64,000 nt of DNA from Devosia sp. (lineage in GTDB: Bacteria; Pseudomonadota; Alphaproteobacteria; Rhizobiales; Devosiaceae), in contig NZ_DASZAW010000043.1 in the NCBI RefSeq assembly GCF_035944845.1, positions 3,232 to 67,231 of the forward strand. Reading direction: 5' to 3'. The translations under genes and the position numbers were made by a program. The notes under the pieces were generated by a model, which was given only the letters and a program-made list of their open reading frames with translations, made no database searches and was not told where the DNA came from. Shown piece by piece: positions 26,703 to 35,507 of the stretch (the stretch's first letter is position 1; every line of letters starts with the position of its first letter).

Positions 26703-27580
26703 GCCTCGCCACTGTCTCCGAGACCGTCCCCGACGAGGTGGCGCCGGGCAGCAATCCGCTGCTGCGCTCGATCGTCAAATGGCTGGTGACCTTCATCCTC
26801 GTGGTGGTGGCGGTGGTGGCGCTCTATCCGCTGGTGTTCACCGTCCTCAACTCCCTGAAGACCCGCACCGGCTATGCGCAGAACCCGCTGGGGCTACCGC
26901 TCGACATCAGCTTCGAGAACTATGCCGATACGTTCGTCCGCATGGATGTGCCGCGGCTGTTGTTCAACAGCATAATCACCACCGGCGGCGGGCTGCTGCT
27001 CTCGACCGTCGCGGCTTTGTTCATCGCCTATGCGGTGACCAAGCTGCGCATCAAGGGCGGCAACCTGATCTTCCTGTTCATCATCGCCATGCTGGTGATC
27101 CCGAGCCAGGTGGTGATCTACCCGCTCTACGAGACCATTCTCGACCTGGGGCTGGGCGGCACCTACCAGGGGTTGATCTTTTCCTATGCGGCGTTCGGCC
27201 TGCCGATCAGTACCTATATGCTGGCCGCGTTCTTTCGCGCCATTCCGGACGAGCTGATCGAGGCCGCCCGCATCGATGGGGCAGGGGAGCTGCGCATCCT
27301 GTTCCAGATGATGCTGCCGATCTCGACCCCGGCGATCGCGGCGCTGTCGATCCTCAACTTCGTCTGGATGTGGAACGACCTGCTATTGCCGCTGGTGATC
27401 ATGGGCGGCTCGGACAAGACCACCTTGATGGTCGGGGTGGCGCTGCTCTCGGGCCAGTATGATGTGTCGATTCCGTTGATCAGCGCCGGTTTGATCGTTG
27501 CGCTGCTGCCGGTGATGATCGTCTACTTCCTGTTCCAGCGGCAGATCCTCTCGGGTGCGCTGGCGGGGGCGGTGAAATGA
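26699..27580 (+). CDS. CUT1 sugar ABC transporter permease (MalG/UgpE-like)
   Basis: EAA loop EAARIDGAGELRILFQMMLPI. ATGA overlap with the upstream permease gene. Confidence 0.9.
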   Translation: MSLATVSETVPDEVAPGSNPLLRSIVKWLVTFILVVVAVVALYPLVFTVLNSLKTRTGYAQNPLGLPLDISFENYADTFVRMDVPRLLFNSIITTGGGLLLSTVAALFIAYAVTKLRIKGGNLIFLFIIAMLVIPSQVVIYPLYETILDLGLGGTYQGLIFSYAAFGLPISTYMLAAFFRAIPDELIEAARIDGAGELRILFQMMLPISTPAIAALSILNFVWMWNDLLLPLVIMGGSDKTTLMVGVALLSGQYDVSIPLISAGLIVALLPVMIVYFLFQRQILSGALAGAVK

Positions 27581-27933
27581 CGGCTCGCGATACGGCGCCA
27601 GGTGAGGCGTTCCTCTACATCTACCGGCTGAAGCCCGGCATGGGCCCGGCCTATGACGAAAAGCACCGCGCGGTGTGGCCGGAGATCCTGGTTCTGATCG
27701 ATGCGGCCGGAATCTACGACTACCAGATCTGGCGGCACGAGGAGATCGTGGTCTGCCGGATGCGGGCGAAGGCTGGGTTTCGCGCTGCTTCGGCGGCGAC
27801 CGCGGCGTCGGAGGTGCAGCGGGCCTGGACGGCGTCGATGGCGGAGATATTTCTCTCGATTGGCGATGCAGAGGGCGAGCCGCTGTGGCTCGACGAGGTG
27901 TTTTCGCATCGCGTTGGGGAGACGACGCGATGA
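27577..27933 (+). CDS. RhaM/DUF718 mutarotase-like protein
   Basis: YRLKPGMGPAYDEKHRAVWPEIL ... YQIW signature. ATGA overlap with the permease stop. Confidence 0.75.
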   Translation: MTARDTAPGEAFLYIYRLKPGMGPAYDEKHRAVWPEILVLIDAAGIYDYQIWRHEEIVVCRMRAKAGFRAASAATAASEVQRAWTASMAEIFLSIGDAEGEPLWLDEVFSHRVGETTR

Positions 27934-27958
27934 GGGTGGGCACTATAGCTGATGGGCT

Positions 27959-28090
27959 GGTGCGGGAAACGTACCCCCCACCCTGTCCCTCCCCCGCAAG
28001 GGGGGAGGAGACGCTCACACTGGCGTCGGTGTTTTGGTCTCCCTCCCCCTTGCGGGGAGGGGACAGGCGTGGGGGTACTCTTCCCGCACC
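27959..28090. repeat. Family C palindrome, copy C1 (CCCCCCACCCTGTCCCTCCCCCGCAAGGGGGGAGG ... CCTCCCCCTTGCGGGGAGGGGACAGG.GTGGGGG)
   Basis: Read directly. Sits between convergent genes (27933 / 28116). Confidence 0.9.
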
Positions 28091-28115
28091 GGCCTTTGTA
28101 CTGCGTCTAAGATCG

Positions 28116-29021
28116 TCAAGTCGGCCGCGCCGGCGGGCGTTTTTCGCGGATCGGAGCCAGCGGAAAATTCGGTTCGATCAGCGTGCCGTCGAACAGCTGG
28201 GTGATGGCCTTGGCCGCTTCGAACTGGGCGCGGCTCGCGGCTTCCAGCGATACCCGCTCCTTGGAAGAGGGCAGATACGGCATAGTAAGCACGGCCAGCG
28301 CGTGGCCGTTGGCGTCGAGGATCGGGAAGCTCACGTCGGTGATGCCCTGCAGCCCTTCGCCGGCGATGATCTCGTAGCCGGTGCGGTGCAGGGTTTCGAC
28401 CCGGCGCTTCAGGGCCACCATGTCGGTTTCGGGCGCGGTGCGTTCGATCTCGGCCATCACCCAATCGCGGATCGCCGGCGGCTGGAAGGCCAGCAGCAGG
28501 CGGCCCGAGGCGGTGGAGGCCGCGGGGTTCTGGGTGCCGACGCGGAGGCGGAAGCCGAGCGGTGCAGGGCTATCGACCTGCGCCACGACGCGGATGGCGA
28601 GGCGATCGAGAATGGCGATATGCAGCGCCTGGTAGGCGGCGATCGAGGTCGAGTACATGATCGGCAACGCCGCATCGAGCAGCCGGCGCATCGGCGGATA
28701 CTGGTTGGCCAGCACGTGCAGGTGGTTGGAGAGAAAGAACCCATCCTCGCCCGGCCGGCGCTGGATATAGCCGCGGCGCTCGAGCGCCATCACCACGCGA
28801 TAGACTTCCTGCAACGAGCGGCCGAGCAGCTGCGCGATCTCGCTCTGGGTGATGCCCTTCGACTGCTGGGCCAGGAGCTCGATCACGTCGAGCCCCTTTT
28901 CCAGCGCCGGCACGCCATAGGCGAGCTTGTCGCCGGCTTCGCTGTCCGCGTTCTTCCGTGCCGCCCGCTTGGGCTTTTCGGGCGTCGTCGCAGTGGCGGC
29001 AGCGCGTCCGGTTCTGGCCAT
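28116..29021 (-). CDS. IclR family transcriptional regulator with a basic Ala/Lys-rich N-terminal extension
   Basis: wHTH LEKGLDVIELLAQQSKGITQSEIAQLLGRSLQEVYRVV plus an IclR effector domain, preceded by about 35 aa (MARTGRAAATATTPEKPKRAARKN). Confidence 0.9.
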   Translation of the reverse strand: MARTGRAAATATTPEKPKRAARKNADSEAGDKLAYGVPALEKGLDVIELLAQQSKGITQSEIAQLLGRSLQEVYRVVMALERRGYIQRRPGEDGFFLSNHLHVLANQYPPMRRLLDAALPIMYSTSIAAYQALHIAILDRLAIRVVAQVDSPAPLGFRLRVGTQNPAASTASGRLLLAFQPPAIRDWVMAEIERTAPETDMVALKRRVETLHRTGYEIIAGEGLQGITDVSFPILDANGHALAVLTMPYLPSSKERVSLEAASRAQFEAAKAITQLFDGTLIEPNFPLAPIREKRPPARPT

Positions 29022-29102
29022 TCAATTGGTCTCCCTCGGCATTCTGGTGGCAGAGCCGATGCTGCAGTGCAAGAGCCGGAACGGCGCAAGGCACAGCGCA
29101 TC

Positions 29103-29131
29103 GACTATCACAAGAGAACGTAGACTATCAC
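29103..29131 (+). promoter_or_regulatory. Direct repeat GACTATCAC-N11-GACTATCAC in the divergent IclR / deacylase promoter region
   Basis: Two exact 9-mers 20 bp apart centre to centre, in the low-GC intergenic region 29022-29183. Confidence 0.45.
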
Positions 29132-29183
29132 CTGTAAAATTCGCCTGTCTGGGCACCCCTGAGATCACGACCAAGAGCAGAAC

Positions 29184-30206
29184 ATGGACCGCAACATTTC
29201 ACAGAAGCTGGCGACCGCGACGGTGGACTTCGACAAGCCGGGCAAGCAGGTCGGGTTTTTCCACATCCCGCTGTCGGTGCATGACGATGCCTGGGGCGTG
29301 GTGCCGGTGCCGGTGGCGGTGATCAAGAACGGCGCGGGCCCGACGGTGATCCTCGAAGGGGGCAACCATGGCGACGAATATGAGGGGCCGATTGCGCTGG
29401 GCGAGCTGATCCGCGAGCTCGACCCGGCCGATGTGCAGGGCCGGCTGATCTTCATTCCGGCGATCAACCTCCCCGCGGTGAACGCGGCGCGGCGCACCTC
29501 GCCGATCGACGAAATCAACATGAACCGCACCTTCCCGGGCGACCCGCTGGGCACCACGACGCGGCAGATCGCGGCCTATGTGAACGACGTGATCTTCCCT
29601 ATGGGCGATGCGTTCATCGACCTCCATTCGGGCGGCTCGTCGCTCGATATCATCCCGAGTTCGGTGATCGAGCCGGGCGCGACGCCCGAGCAGCACGCGG
29701 CCAATGTGGCGGCGGCCAAGGCGTTCGGCACCGAAATCGCGGTGGTGATCGACAATCGCGGCGACCCGCGCACCGCCACCGCCGCTGCTGCGGCGCAGGG
29801 GATGACGGTGATCGGCACCGAGATGGCGGGCGGCGGCACGGTGTCGGTCGATGCGCTGGCGCTGTGCCGGCGCGGGGTGCGCAATGTGCTGGCGCATCTG
29901 GGCGTGCTGCCCGAGCGGATGGCGAGTCCGGTGGCCGGCGATCCGAAGCTGTATGACCTCGGCCCCAAGGCACATGTGATCGCCGAGGATGATGGGGTGT
30001 ACGAGCCGCTGCACAAGCTCGGCACACCAGTGGAGGCGGGCCAACTGGCCGGACGCATCCACTTCCTCGCCAATCCCGGCCGGACACCGGTCGAACTGCA
30101 TTACCGGGCGAGCGGCATCCTCTATGGCCGCCGGCAGCCAGGCCGGGTGCGGCCGGGCAATTGCTGCTTTGTCGTCGCATCTCCCTATGAGGCCCCCGCA
30201 GCATGA
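29184..30206 (+). CDS. Succinylglutamate desuccinylase/aspartoacylase (AstE/AspA) family zinc deacylase, DoeB-like
   Basis: Motifs GGNHGDEYEG, MNRTFPG, IDLHSGG. Confidence 0.85.
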   Translation: MDRNISQKLATATVDFDKPGKQVGFFHIPLSVHDDAWGVVPVPVAVIKNGAGPTVILEGGNHGDEYEGPIALGELIRELDPADVQGRLIFIPAINLPAVNAARRTSPIDEINMNRTFPGDPLGTTTRQIAAYVNDVIFPMGDAFIDLHSGGSSLDIIPSSVIEPGATPEQHAANVAAAKAFGTEIAVVIDNRGDPRTATAAAAAQGMTVIGTEMAGGGTVSVDALALCRRGVRNVLAHLGVLPERMASPVAGDPKLYDLGPKAHVIAEDDGVYEPLHKLGTPVEAGQLAGRIHFLANPGRTPVELHYRASGILYGRRQPGRVRPGNCCFVVASPYEAPAA

Positions 30207-31141
30207 TCACGCTTGCCGACATCAACGCTGCCGCTACCCGTATTGCACCCCATGTGCGACGCACCCCGACCATCGAGGTGCGGGCGCTATCCGCGCCGCT
30301 GACGCCGGCAAAGCTGTCGCTGAAGCTCGAGAACCTGCAGGCCACCGGCTCGTTCAAGGCGCGCGGCGCCACCAACAAGCTGCTGTCGCTGCCGCCGGAA
30401 GCCCTTGCGCGCGGCATCGTCACCGCCTCGGGCGGCAACCATGGGCTGGCCGTGGCGCGGGCGGCCAAGCTCGCCGGGGTGACGGCGACGATCTATGTGC
30501 CGGAGAACATCACCGCGGCAAAGGTTGAAAAGCTGAAGCGCTGGGGCGCCACAGTCGATATTATCGGCAGCGTCTGGAACGAGACCAACCTCCATGCCCT
30601 CGCCTTCGCCGAAGCCAAGGGCGCGGCGTATTTCCACCCCTTCGCCGATGCGGCTGTCATGGCCGGGCAGGGCACGGCGGCGCTGGAGCTTTTGGCCGAT
30701 GTGCCCGACCTCGACGTGGTGCTGGTCGCCATCGGCGGCGGCGGGCTGGTGTCGGGCATGGGCGTCGCGCTCAAGGCGCTGAAGCCGAAGGTGAAGATCA
30801 TCGGCATCGAGCCGGTTGGATCGCCGACGCTGAAGGCATCGCTCGATGCCGGGCACGTGGTGCGGCTCAACGAGGTCACGAGCCGCATCGCCACGATGAG
30901 CTGCGCCGAGACCGACCCTGATGTCTTCGACGTGGTGCGCTCGGTGGTCGACGACGTGGTGCTGCTCAGCGACGACGACATGCTGGAAGCGAGCCGCTGG
31001 CTGTGGTTCGAACTGGGAATCGCAGCGGATCTGAGCGGCGCCGCGGCCGTGGCGGCGCTGATGACCGGACGTGTGGGGTATACGGCCGGGACGTCGGTGG
31101 GGGCGCTGGTGTGCGGGGCCGGGCCGGAGGGGGTGGCTTAG
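30203..31141 (+). CDS. PLP-dependent threonine/serine dehydratase-family enzyme (EutB-like)
   Basis: PLP-lysine motif SFKARGATNKL, glycine loop ASGGNHG, VAIGGGGL. ATGA overlap with the upstream gene. Confidence 0.88.
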   Translation: MITLADINAAATRIAPHVRRTPTIEVRALSAPLTPAKLSLKLENLQATGSFKARGATNKLLSLPPEALARGIVTASGGNHGLAVARAAKLAGVTATIYVPENITAAKVEKLKRWGATVDIIGSVWNETNLHALAFAEAKGAAYFHPFADAAVMAGQGTAALELLADVPDLDVVLVAIGGGGLVSGMGVALKALKPKVKIIGIEPVGSPTLKASLDAGHVVRLNEVTSRIATMSCAETDPDVFDVVRSVVDDVVLLSDDDMLEASRWLWFELGIAADLSGAAAVAALMTGRVGYTAGTSVGALVCGAGPEGVA

Positions 31142-31172
31142 CGGCTCGCCGCCGCCGCCGCCGGTGGCTGTG

Positions 31173-31285
31173 GACCCCCACCCCTGTCCCCTCCCCCTAA
31201 GAATGGGGAGGGAGACGCTCCCTCTGATATCGAGGCTGACGTCTCCCTCCCCCTGTTTGAGGGGGAGGGGACAGGGGTGGGGGTC
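31173..31285. repeat. Family C element, copy C2
   Basis: Read directly. Sits between convergent genes (31141 / 31310). Confidence 0.88.
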
Positions 31286-31309
31286 AGCCCGCGCCGCTGT
31301 GGCGTTGGA

Positions 31310-32602
31310 CTACTTCGCCACCCCGATGCACGCAAAATACGGCACCAGTGCCGTCTGCACCTGGGCGTAGATCAGCGCCCGCGCCCAATCCGGCGAACGA
31401 GCTTCCAGCCGTTCTGCCCGCGCGATCACTTGTGGCGCAAAGTACTGCTCGAGCAGCGGCGCCAACGGCTTCTTCGTATCGAGCGCTGCCAGCAACTGCC
31501 CGACCGCTGCTGTCGCCTGTGGCTGGGCCCAGTAGTAGCGGATGCGGTCGGCGTAGCTGAAGTGGCGGAGCAGTTTCAGTGTCGCGGCGTCGCCGGCATA
31601 GTGCTTGGCCCAGTTTTTCGGGTTCTCCAGCATCAGCGCTTCCATCACCGGGGCGATCGGCTGACGGTCGGCATCCGGCGCCAGCCAGGTCGCAACACCA
31701 TCGAGCGCATAGACCGCCTGGCGATAGGCGAAGGTGAGGGCGGGGCCGACCTTCAGCACGGCGAAGTGCCGCCGGGCAAGCGCCGGGAACACGTCAGGGT
31801 ACTGGTAGTCCGTCGAGTGTGCCTCGAAGCTCAGGCCATCATGGCCATCCAGCACCGGCGACAGCAGGTCGGGTGAGGCCACATCGAAGCGGTGGATGTG
31901 GTCGGGGGCGAATTCGAGGCCCGGCTGCACCACGAGGCCGACGGCACGCTGCCAGGCGGTGTGCTCAAGCCCGAGTGCAGCGAAGGCGTCGCGGTGCGCC
32001 GTGATCGTGGCGCGGGCGTTGGCGGGCTCGGTTGGGGCGATACCAATGGGGCCTTCCTCGGCGCGAGCGCCACCCGGCGGCGGCACTTCGGTGCCGAACA
32101 TGTAGCTGAGCGATGTTGGGTCGCTGGTCGCGGCTTCGCAGATGGCGGCGAGGTCGGCGGCGCGGACGGCACTCAGCGCATCGCCGACGGCGGCGGGCTC
32201 GCCGGCACAGCCTTCGGAGCAATCGAGGTGGATCTTGGTGAACCCGGCCTGCACATAGGCGGCGACGAGGTCGCGGGCATTGGCCATGGCGAGCTCGGCG
32301 GGCTGGTCGCGCCAGGCCTGCGGTCCGAGGTGATCGCCGCCGAACAGGACGCGCCCGCCATCGACGCCGGCCGTCGCCGCAATCGAGCGGACGAAGGCGA
32401 TGAAGTCCGGCGGAGTCATGCCGGTATAGCCGCCGAACTGGTTCACCTGGTTGCTGGTGGCTTCGATCAAGAGCGGCACGTCCCATTCATCGGCCAAGAG
32501 CAGCGAAGCGGCCAGCACATCCGGGTGGGCCGAGCAGACCGAGGGCAGGGCCTCGCCGGAGCCGTTGCGGTTGCGGGCGATGAGATCGCGGAGTTCCCTC
32601 AT
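31310..32602 (-). CDS. GatZ/KbaZ family protein (tagatose-bisphosphate aldolase non-catalytic subunit / tagatose-6-P 4-epimerase-like)
   Basis: Strong match to E. coli KbaZ as I recall it: VCSAHP, LLIEATSNQVNQFGGYTGMTP, GGDHLGP, IHLDCS, GTEVPPPGG, FEAHSTDYQ, LKVGPALTFA. The ATG at 32602 overlaps the upstream stop (ATGA). Confidence 0.92.
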   Translation of the reverse strand: MRELRDLIARNRNGSGEALPSVCSAHPDVLAASLLLADEWDVPLLIEATSNQVNQFGGYTGMTPPDFIAFVRSIAATAGVDGGRVLFGGDHLGPQAWRDQPAELAMANARDLVAAYVQAGFTKIHLDCSEGCAGEPAAVGDALSAVRAADLAAICEAATSDPTSLSYMFGTEVPPPGGARAEEGPIGIAPTEPANARATITAHRDAFAALGLEHTAWQRAVGLVVQPGLEFAPDHIHRFDVASPDLLSPVLDGHDGLSFEAHSTDYQYPDVFPALARRHFAVLKVGPALTFAYRQAVYALDGVATWLAPDADRQPIAPVMEALMLENPKNWAKHYAGDAATLKLLRHFSYADRIRYYWAQPQATAAVGQLLAALDTKKPLAPLLEQYFAPQVIARAERLEARSPDWARALIYAQVQTALVPYFACIGVAK

Positions 32603-34644
32603 TTGCGGGCTCCCGCCACCAGCATGGCGGCGCCGCGCACGCCGCTGGCATCGCCGAAGCGGGCCGAGGCGAAGGCCGGCTGGCGCACGCCGGGCAGCAT
32701 TTTTGGCGCGAAGGTGCGGGCGAGGGTTTCGGTCAAACCGGGGATGTTGGAGAGGCCGCCGCCGATCACCACGCAATCGGCATCGATGGTCAGCTGGATG
32801 GTGTGGATCAGCTCGCCGAGGATATCGAACCAGGTGTCGAGCACCTGCGCCATCGCTGCATCACCAGCGGCGGCACGTTCGACGATGGCAGCGGAATCGA
32901 CCGCTGCACCGGTCAAGTGTTTGGCGATGCGCGCCATGCCGGGGCCGGAGAGCAGCGTTTCGTAGCAGCCGGTGCGGCCGCAGCCGCAACTGAGGATCGG
33001 CAGGCTGTGGCGCTGCACCAGCTCGGCCGGCAGGCCGAAATGGCCGACCTCACCGGGCAGGCCATTGTGACCGACGACGAGCTTGCCATCCACCGTGACG
33101 CCGCCGCCGACCCCGGTGCCGAGGATCAGGCCAAACACGGTGCGGTAGCCGGCGCCGGCGCCGCCATTGGCTTCGGAGAGGGCGAAGCACTTGCAGTCAT
33201 TTTCGACCGGGATGGTGCGGCCGATGCGAGCCGAGAGATCAGCACTGAGGGTGTGGCCGGTGGCCGGCACGTTGGAGGTCATCGAGATGCCGGTAGCGGG
33301 GTCGATCAGGCCGGGCAGGCCGACCCCGAGCGCCACCTTGCTGCCGGCAGTCTGGTCGAGCCAGCCGACCGCGCCCTCGAGCGCCGCGAGCAGCTCCTCA
33401 TAGCTGCCCTTGGCAGTGGGGAAACGCTGGCGCTCGATGACTTCGAGCCGGTTGTCGAACAGTCGCGCCTCGATCTTGGTGCCGCCGACATCGAGGGAGC
33501 CGAAGACCTGCGGGCCAGCTTCGGGCAGCGGGTAGAGCTTCACACCGGCGACGACGCGGGTGAGGTTGCCCGAGGCGAAGGGGTTGTCGACGGTGAGGCC
33601 GAGCTTGTGCGACCAGATCACCGAGAGCAACTGCGCCACCATGACATAGAGCACCGACGACCAGGCGTCGTTGCCGACCGATGCCACCGGGATGTCGGCG
33701 GCGGCAGTGGCGTCGCCGAGCCGCAGCACGACGTGATCGCCGAACTGTGCCGCGACCTCGGTGGCGAGGTCGATGTCATAGCGGCGGGTGTGCGGGTCGG
33801 AGGAGAGCAGCACGAAGACCCGGGTCTGCGCATTGGTGATGGCCTTGGGGCCATGGCGGAAGCCAAGGGTCGAATCCCACGAGGTGGGGATCTGGCCGGC
33901 TGCCAGTTCCAGCACCTTCAGTGCGCTTTCGCGAGACGAACCGGTGAGCGGGCCGGAGCCGAGGAACACGGCGCGTTCCGGCACGGGGAGGGCGATCAGC
34001 CGGTCGAGCTGCCCTGCCAAAAGCGTCTCGGCGCCATCGGCCAGCCGCGCCATGAGCTCGGCGACCGGCGCGGGCGGCGCCGGGTCGAACACGGCGAGCG
34101 CCGTCAGCAGCATGGTGGTGTAGCTCGACGTCATGGCAAAGCCGCTGTCGTCGGTTTCGGGTGGCAGCACGATATTGCGCAGTTCCCCCGGGCCGGCATT
34201 GTCGGTGCGGGCCAGCGCGCTATTGGCGTTGCAGGTGATGTGCAACCGATCGGCTTCGGGCGCGTGCGCCGCCAGCAGGTCGAGCGTGCCGATGGTCTCG
34301 GAGCTGTTGCCGCTGCGGCCGAACGACACCACGAGGAGCTTAATGCCGGGCCTGAGGTAATTGCGCGGCGCAGCGATCAGGTCGGTCGACGGAATGGCGC
34401 GGAAGCGGACCGGGCCGGGCGCGGTATTGAGGTAGCTCGCCAGCGTCTCGCCGACAAAGGCCGAGGTGCCGGCGCCGCAGAACCAGATTTCGTCCGGCCG
34501 GCGCTCGGCGATCCAGGCCGTTACCTCCGCGGCGATGGTCGCAAGACGCGGGCCGAAGCTGCGCCAGATCGCGGGCTGGCGCCGGATCTCCTTGGTGGTG
34601 GCCCAGCGGTCGAGGTCGGTGGCGGGGAACGGGGCGTCGGTCAT
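32599..34644 (-). CDS. Fusion protein: AgaS-like double-SIS sugar-phosphate deaminase/isomerase (aa 1-372) joined to a ROK-family sugar kinase (aa 380-681)
   Basis: The N-half runs through the AgaS C-terminal signature NPFASGNLTRVVAGVKLY. After the linker PLPEAGPQV comes the ROK ATP-binding start FGSLDVGGTK, then the ROK signature GEVGH and zinc motif CGCGRTGCYE. One uninterrupted frame of 681 codons. Confidence 0.88.
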   Translation of the reverse strand: MTDAPFPATDLDRWATTKEIRRQPAIWRSFGPRLATIAAEVTAWIAERRPDEIWFCGAGTSAFVGETLASYLNTAPGPVRFRAIPSTDLIAAPRNYLRPGIKLLVVSFGRSGNSSETIGTLDLLAAHAPEADRLHITCNANSALARTDNAGPGELRNIVLPPETDDSGFAMTSSYTTMLLTALAVFDPAPPAPVAELMARLADGAETLLAGQLDRLIALPVPERAVFLGSGPLTGSSRESALKVLELAAGQIPTSWDSTLGFRHGPKAITNAQTRVFVLLSSDPHTRRYDIDLATEVAAQFGDHVVLRLGDATAAADIPVASVGNDAWSSVLYVMVAQLLSVIWSHKLGLTVDNPFASGNLTRVVAGVKLYPLPEAGPQVFGSLDVGGTKIEARLFDNRLEVIERQRFPTAKGSYEELLAALEGAVGWLDQTAGSKVALGVGLPGLIDPATGISMTSNVPATGHTLSADLSARIGRTIPVENDCKCFALSEANGGAGAGYRTVFGLILGTGVGGGVTVDGKLVVGHNGLPGEVGHFGLPAELVQRHSLPILSCGCGRTGCYETLLSGPGMARIAKHLTGAAVDSAAIVERAAAGDAAMAQVLDTWFDILGELIHTIQLTIDADCVVIGGGLSNIPGLTETLARTFAPKMLPGVRQPAFASARFGDASGVRGAAMLVAGARK

Positions 34645-35507
34645 CAGTTGCTTCCTTCCGGCTCGACCCGGTGAACGGCGACGCCATGCTGCTCCAGCAG
34701 GGCGGCGGTTTCATCGGAAAGGCCAGTGTCAGTGATCACGGCGTGGATACGGTCGGCTGCGCAGATCCGGTGCAGGGCCGGAGCGCGGAACTTGGTGGAG
34801 TCGGCGAGGACGATCACCCGCTGGCTCACCGCCACCATGGCGGCGTTCTGGTGCGCCTCGGCCTCGTTGAAGGTCGACAGGCCCAGCACCGGGTCGATGG
34901 CGTCGGCGCCGAGGTAAATGGTGTCGAAGCGCATGCCGCCGACCGTGCTCTCGACCATGCGGCCGGAGAGCGAGTTGGATTCGAAACGCACCGTGCCGCC
35001 CGGCAGCATGACGGTGTGCTGGCTGGCGCCGCGAAACGCCTCGGCGATGTTCAGCCCCGTGGTCATGATCACCAGCGGGTTGGCGGCCCTCAGGTTCTCC
35101 GCAAAGAGCTGCGTGGTCGAGCCGGAATCGATAATGATCGAGCGGTCATCGCCGACCAGCGACAGGGCGAAGCGGGCGATGGCGCGCTTGGCGGCAAGGT
35201 TGACCACCGCCTTGTCGCTGACGCCGGGATCGATGAACGCCCCTTGCGCTTCGCGAGCCAGTGACATGGCGAGCGCAATGCGAAAATCGGGCAGGCCCTT
35301 GAAGCCGAACTGGCGGCAAAACCGCAGCACGGTGGGCTCGCTCACGCCGGCGGCGCGGGCAATCTCCTGCAGCGGCTCGCGGATGAAGGCCTCGGGCGAA
35401 GCGAGGAGGTACCCGCCCACCAGTTGGAACGCCTTGTTGTAGCCGCCGAGCCCCAGCGAGATCGACTGAATCAGCGTCGGGGCCGTGGGCTCCAGTGCCG
35501 CCATCAC
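34644..35507 (-). CDS. Chimeric transcriptional regulator: RpiR-type HTH_6 N-domain plus DeoR-type C-terminal sensor (DeoRC)
   Basis: N-domain: PLQEIARAAGVSEPTVLRFCRQFGFKGLPDFRIALA. C-domain: IIIDSGSTT, MLPGG, IYLGADAID, VIVLADSTKF. GTG 35507 or ATG 35504 overlaps the DUF5107 stop. Confidence 0.8.
   Translation of the reverse strand: MMAALEPTAPTLIQSISLGLGGYNKAFQLVGGYLLASPEAFIREPLQEIARAAGVSEPTVLRFCRQFGFKGLPDFRIALAMSLAREAQGAFIDPGVSDKAVVNLAAKRAIARFALSLVGDDRSIIIDSGSTTQLFAENLRAANPLVIMTTGLNIAEAFRGASQHTVMLPGGTVRFESNSLSGRMVESTVGGMRFDTIYLGADAIDPVLGLSTFNEAEAHQNAAMVAVSQRVIVLADSTKFRAPALHRICAADRIHAVITDTGLSDETAALLEQHGVAVHRVEPEGSN

Noticed and set aside
27675-29123. 482-aa plus-strand ORF across repeat C1 and the IclR gene
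   Set aside because: It is antisense to a clear IclR regulator, and its 5' part is a translation of a palindromic repeat.
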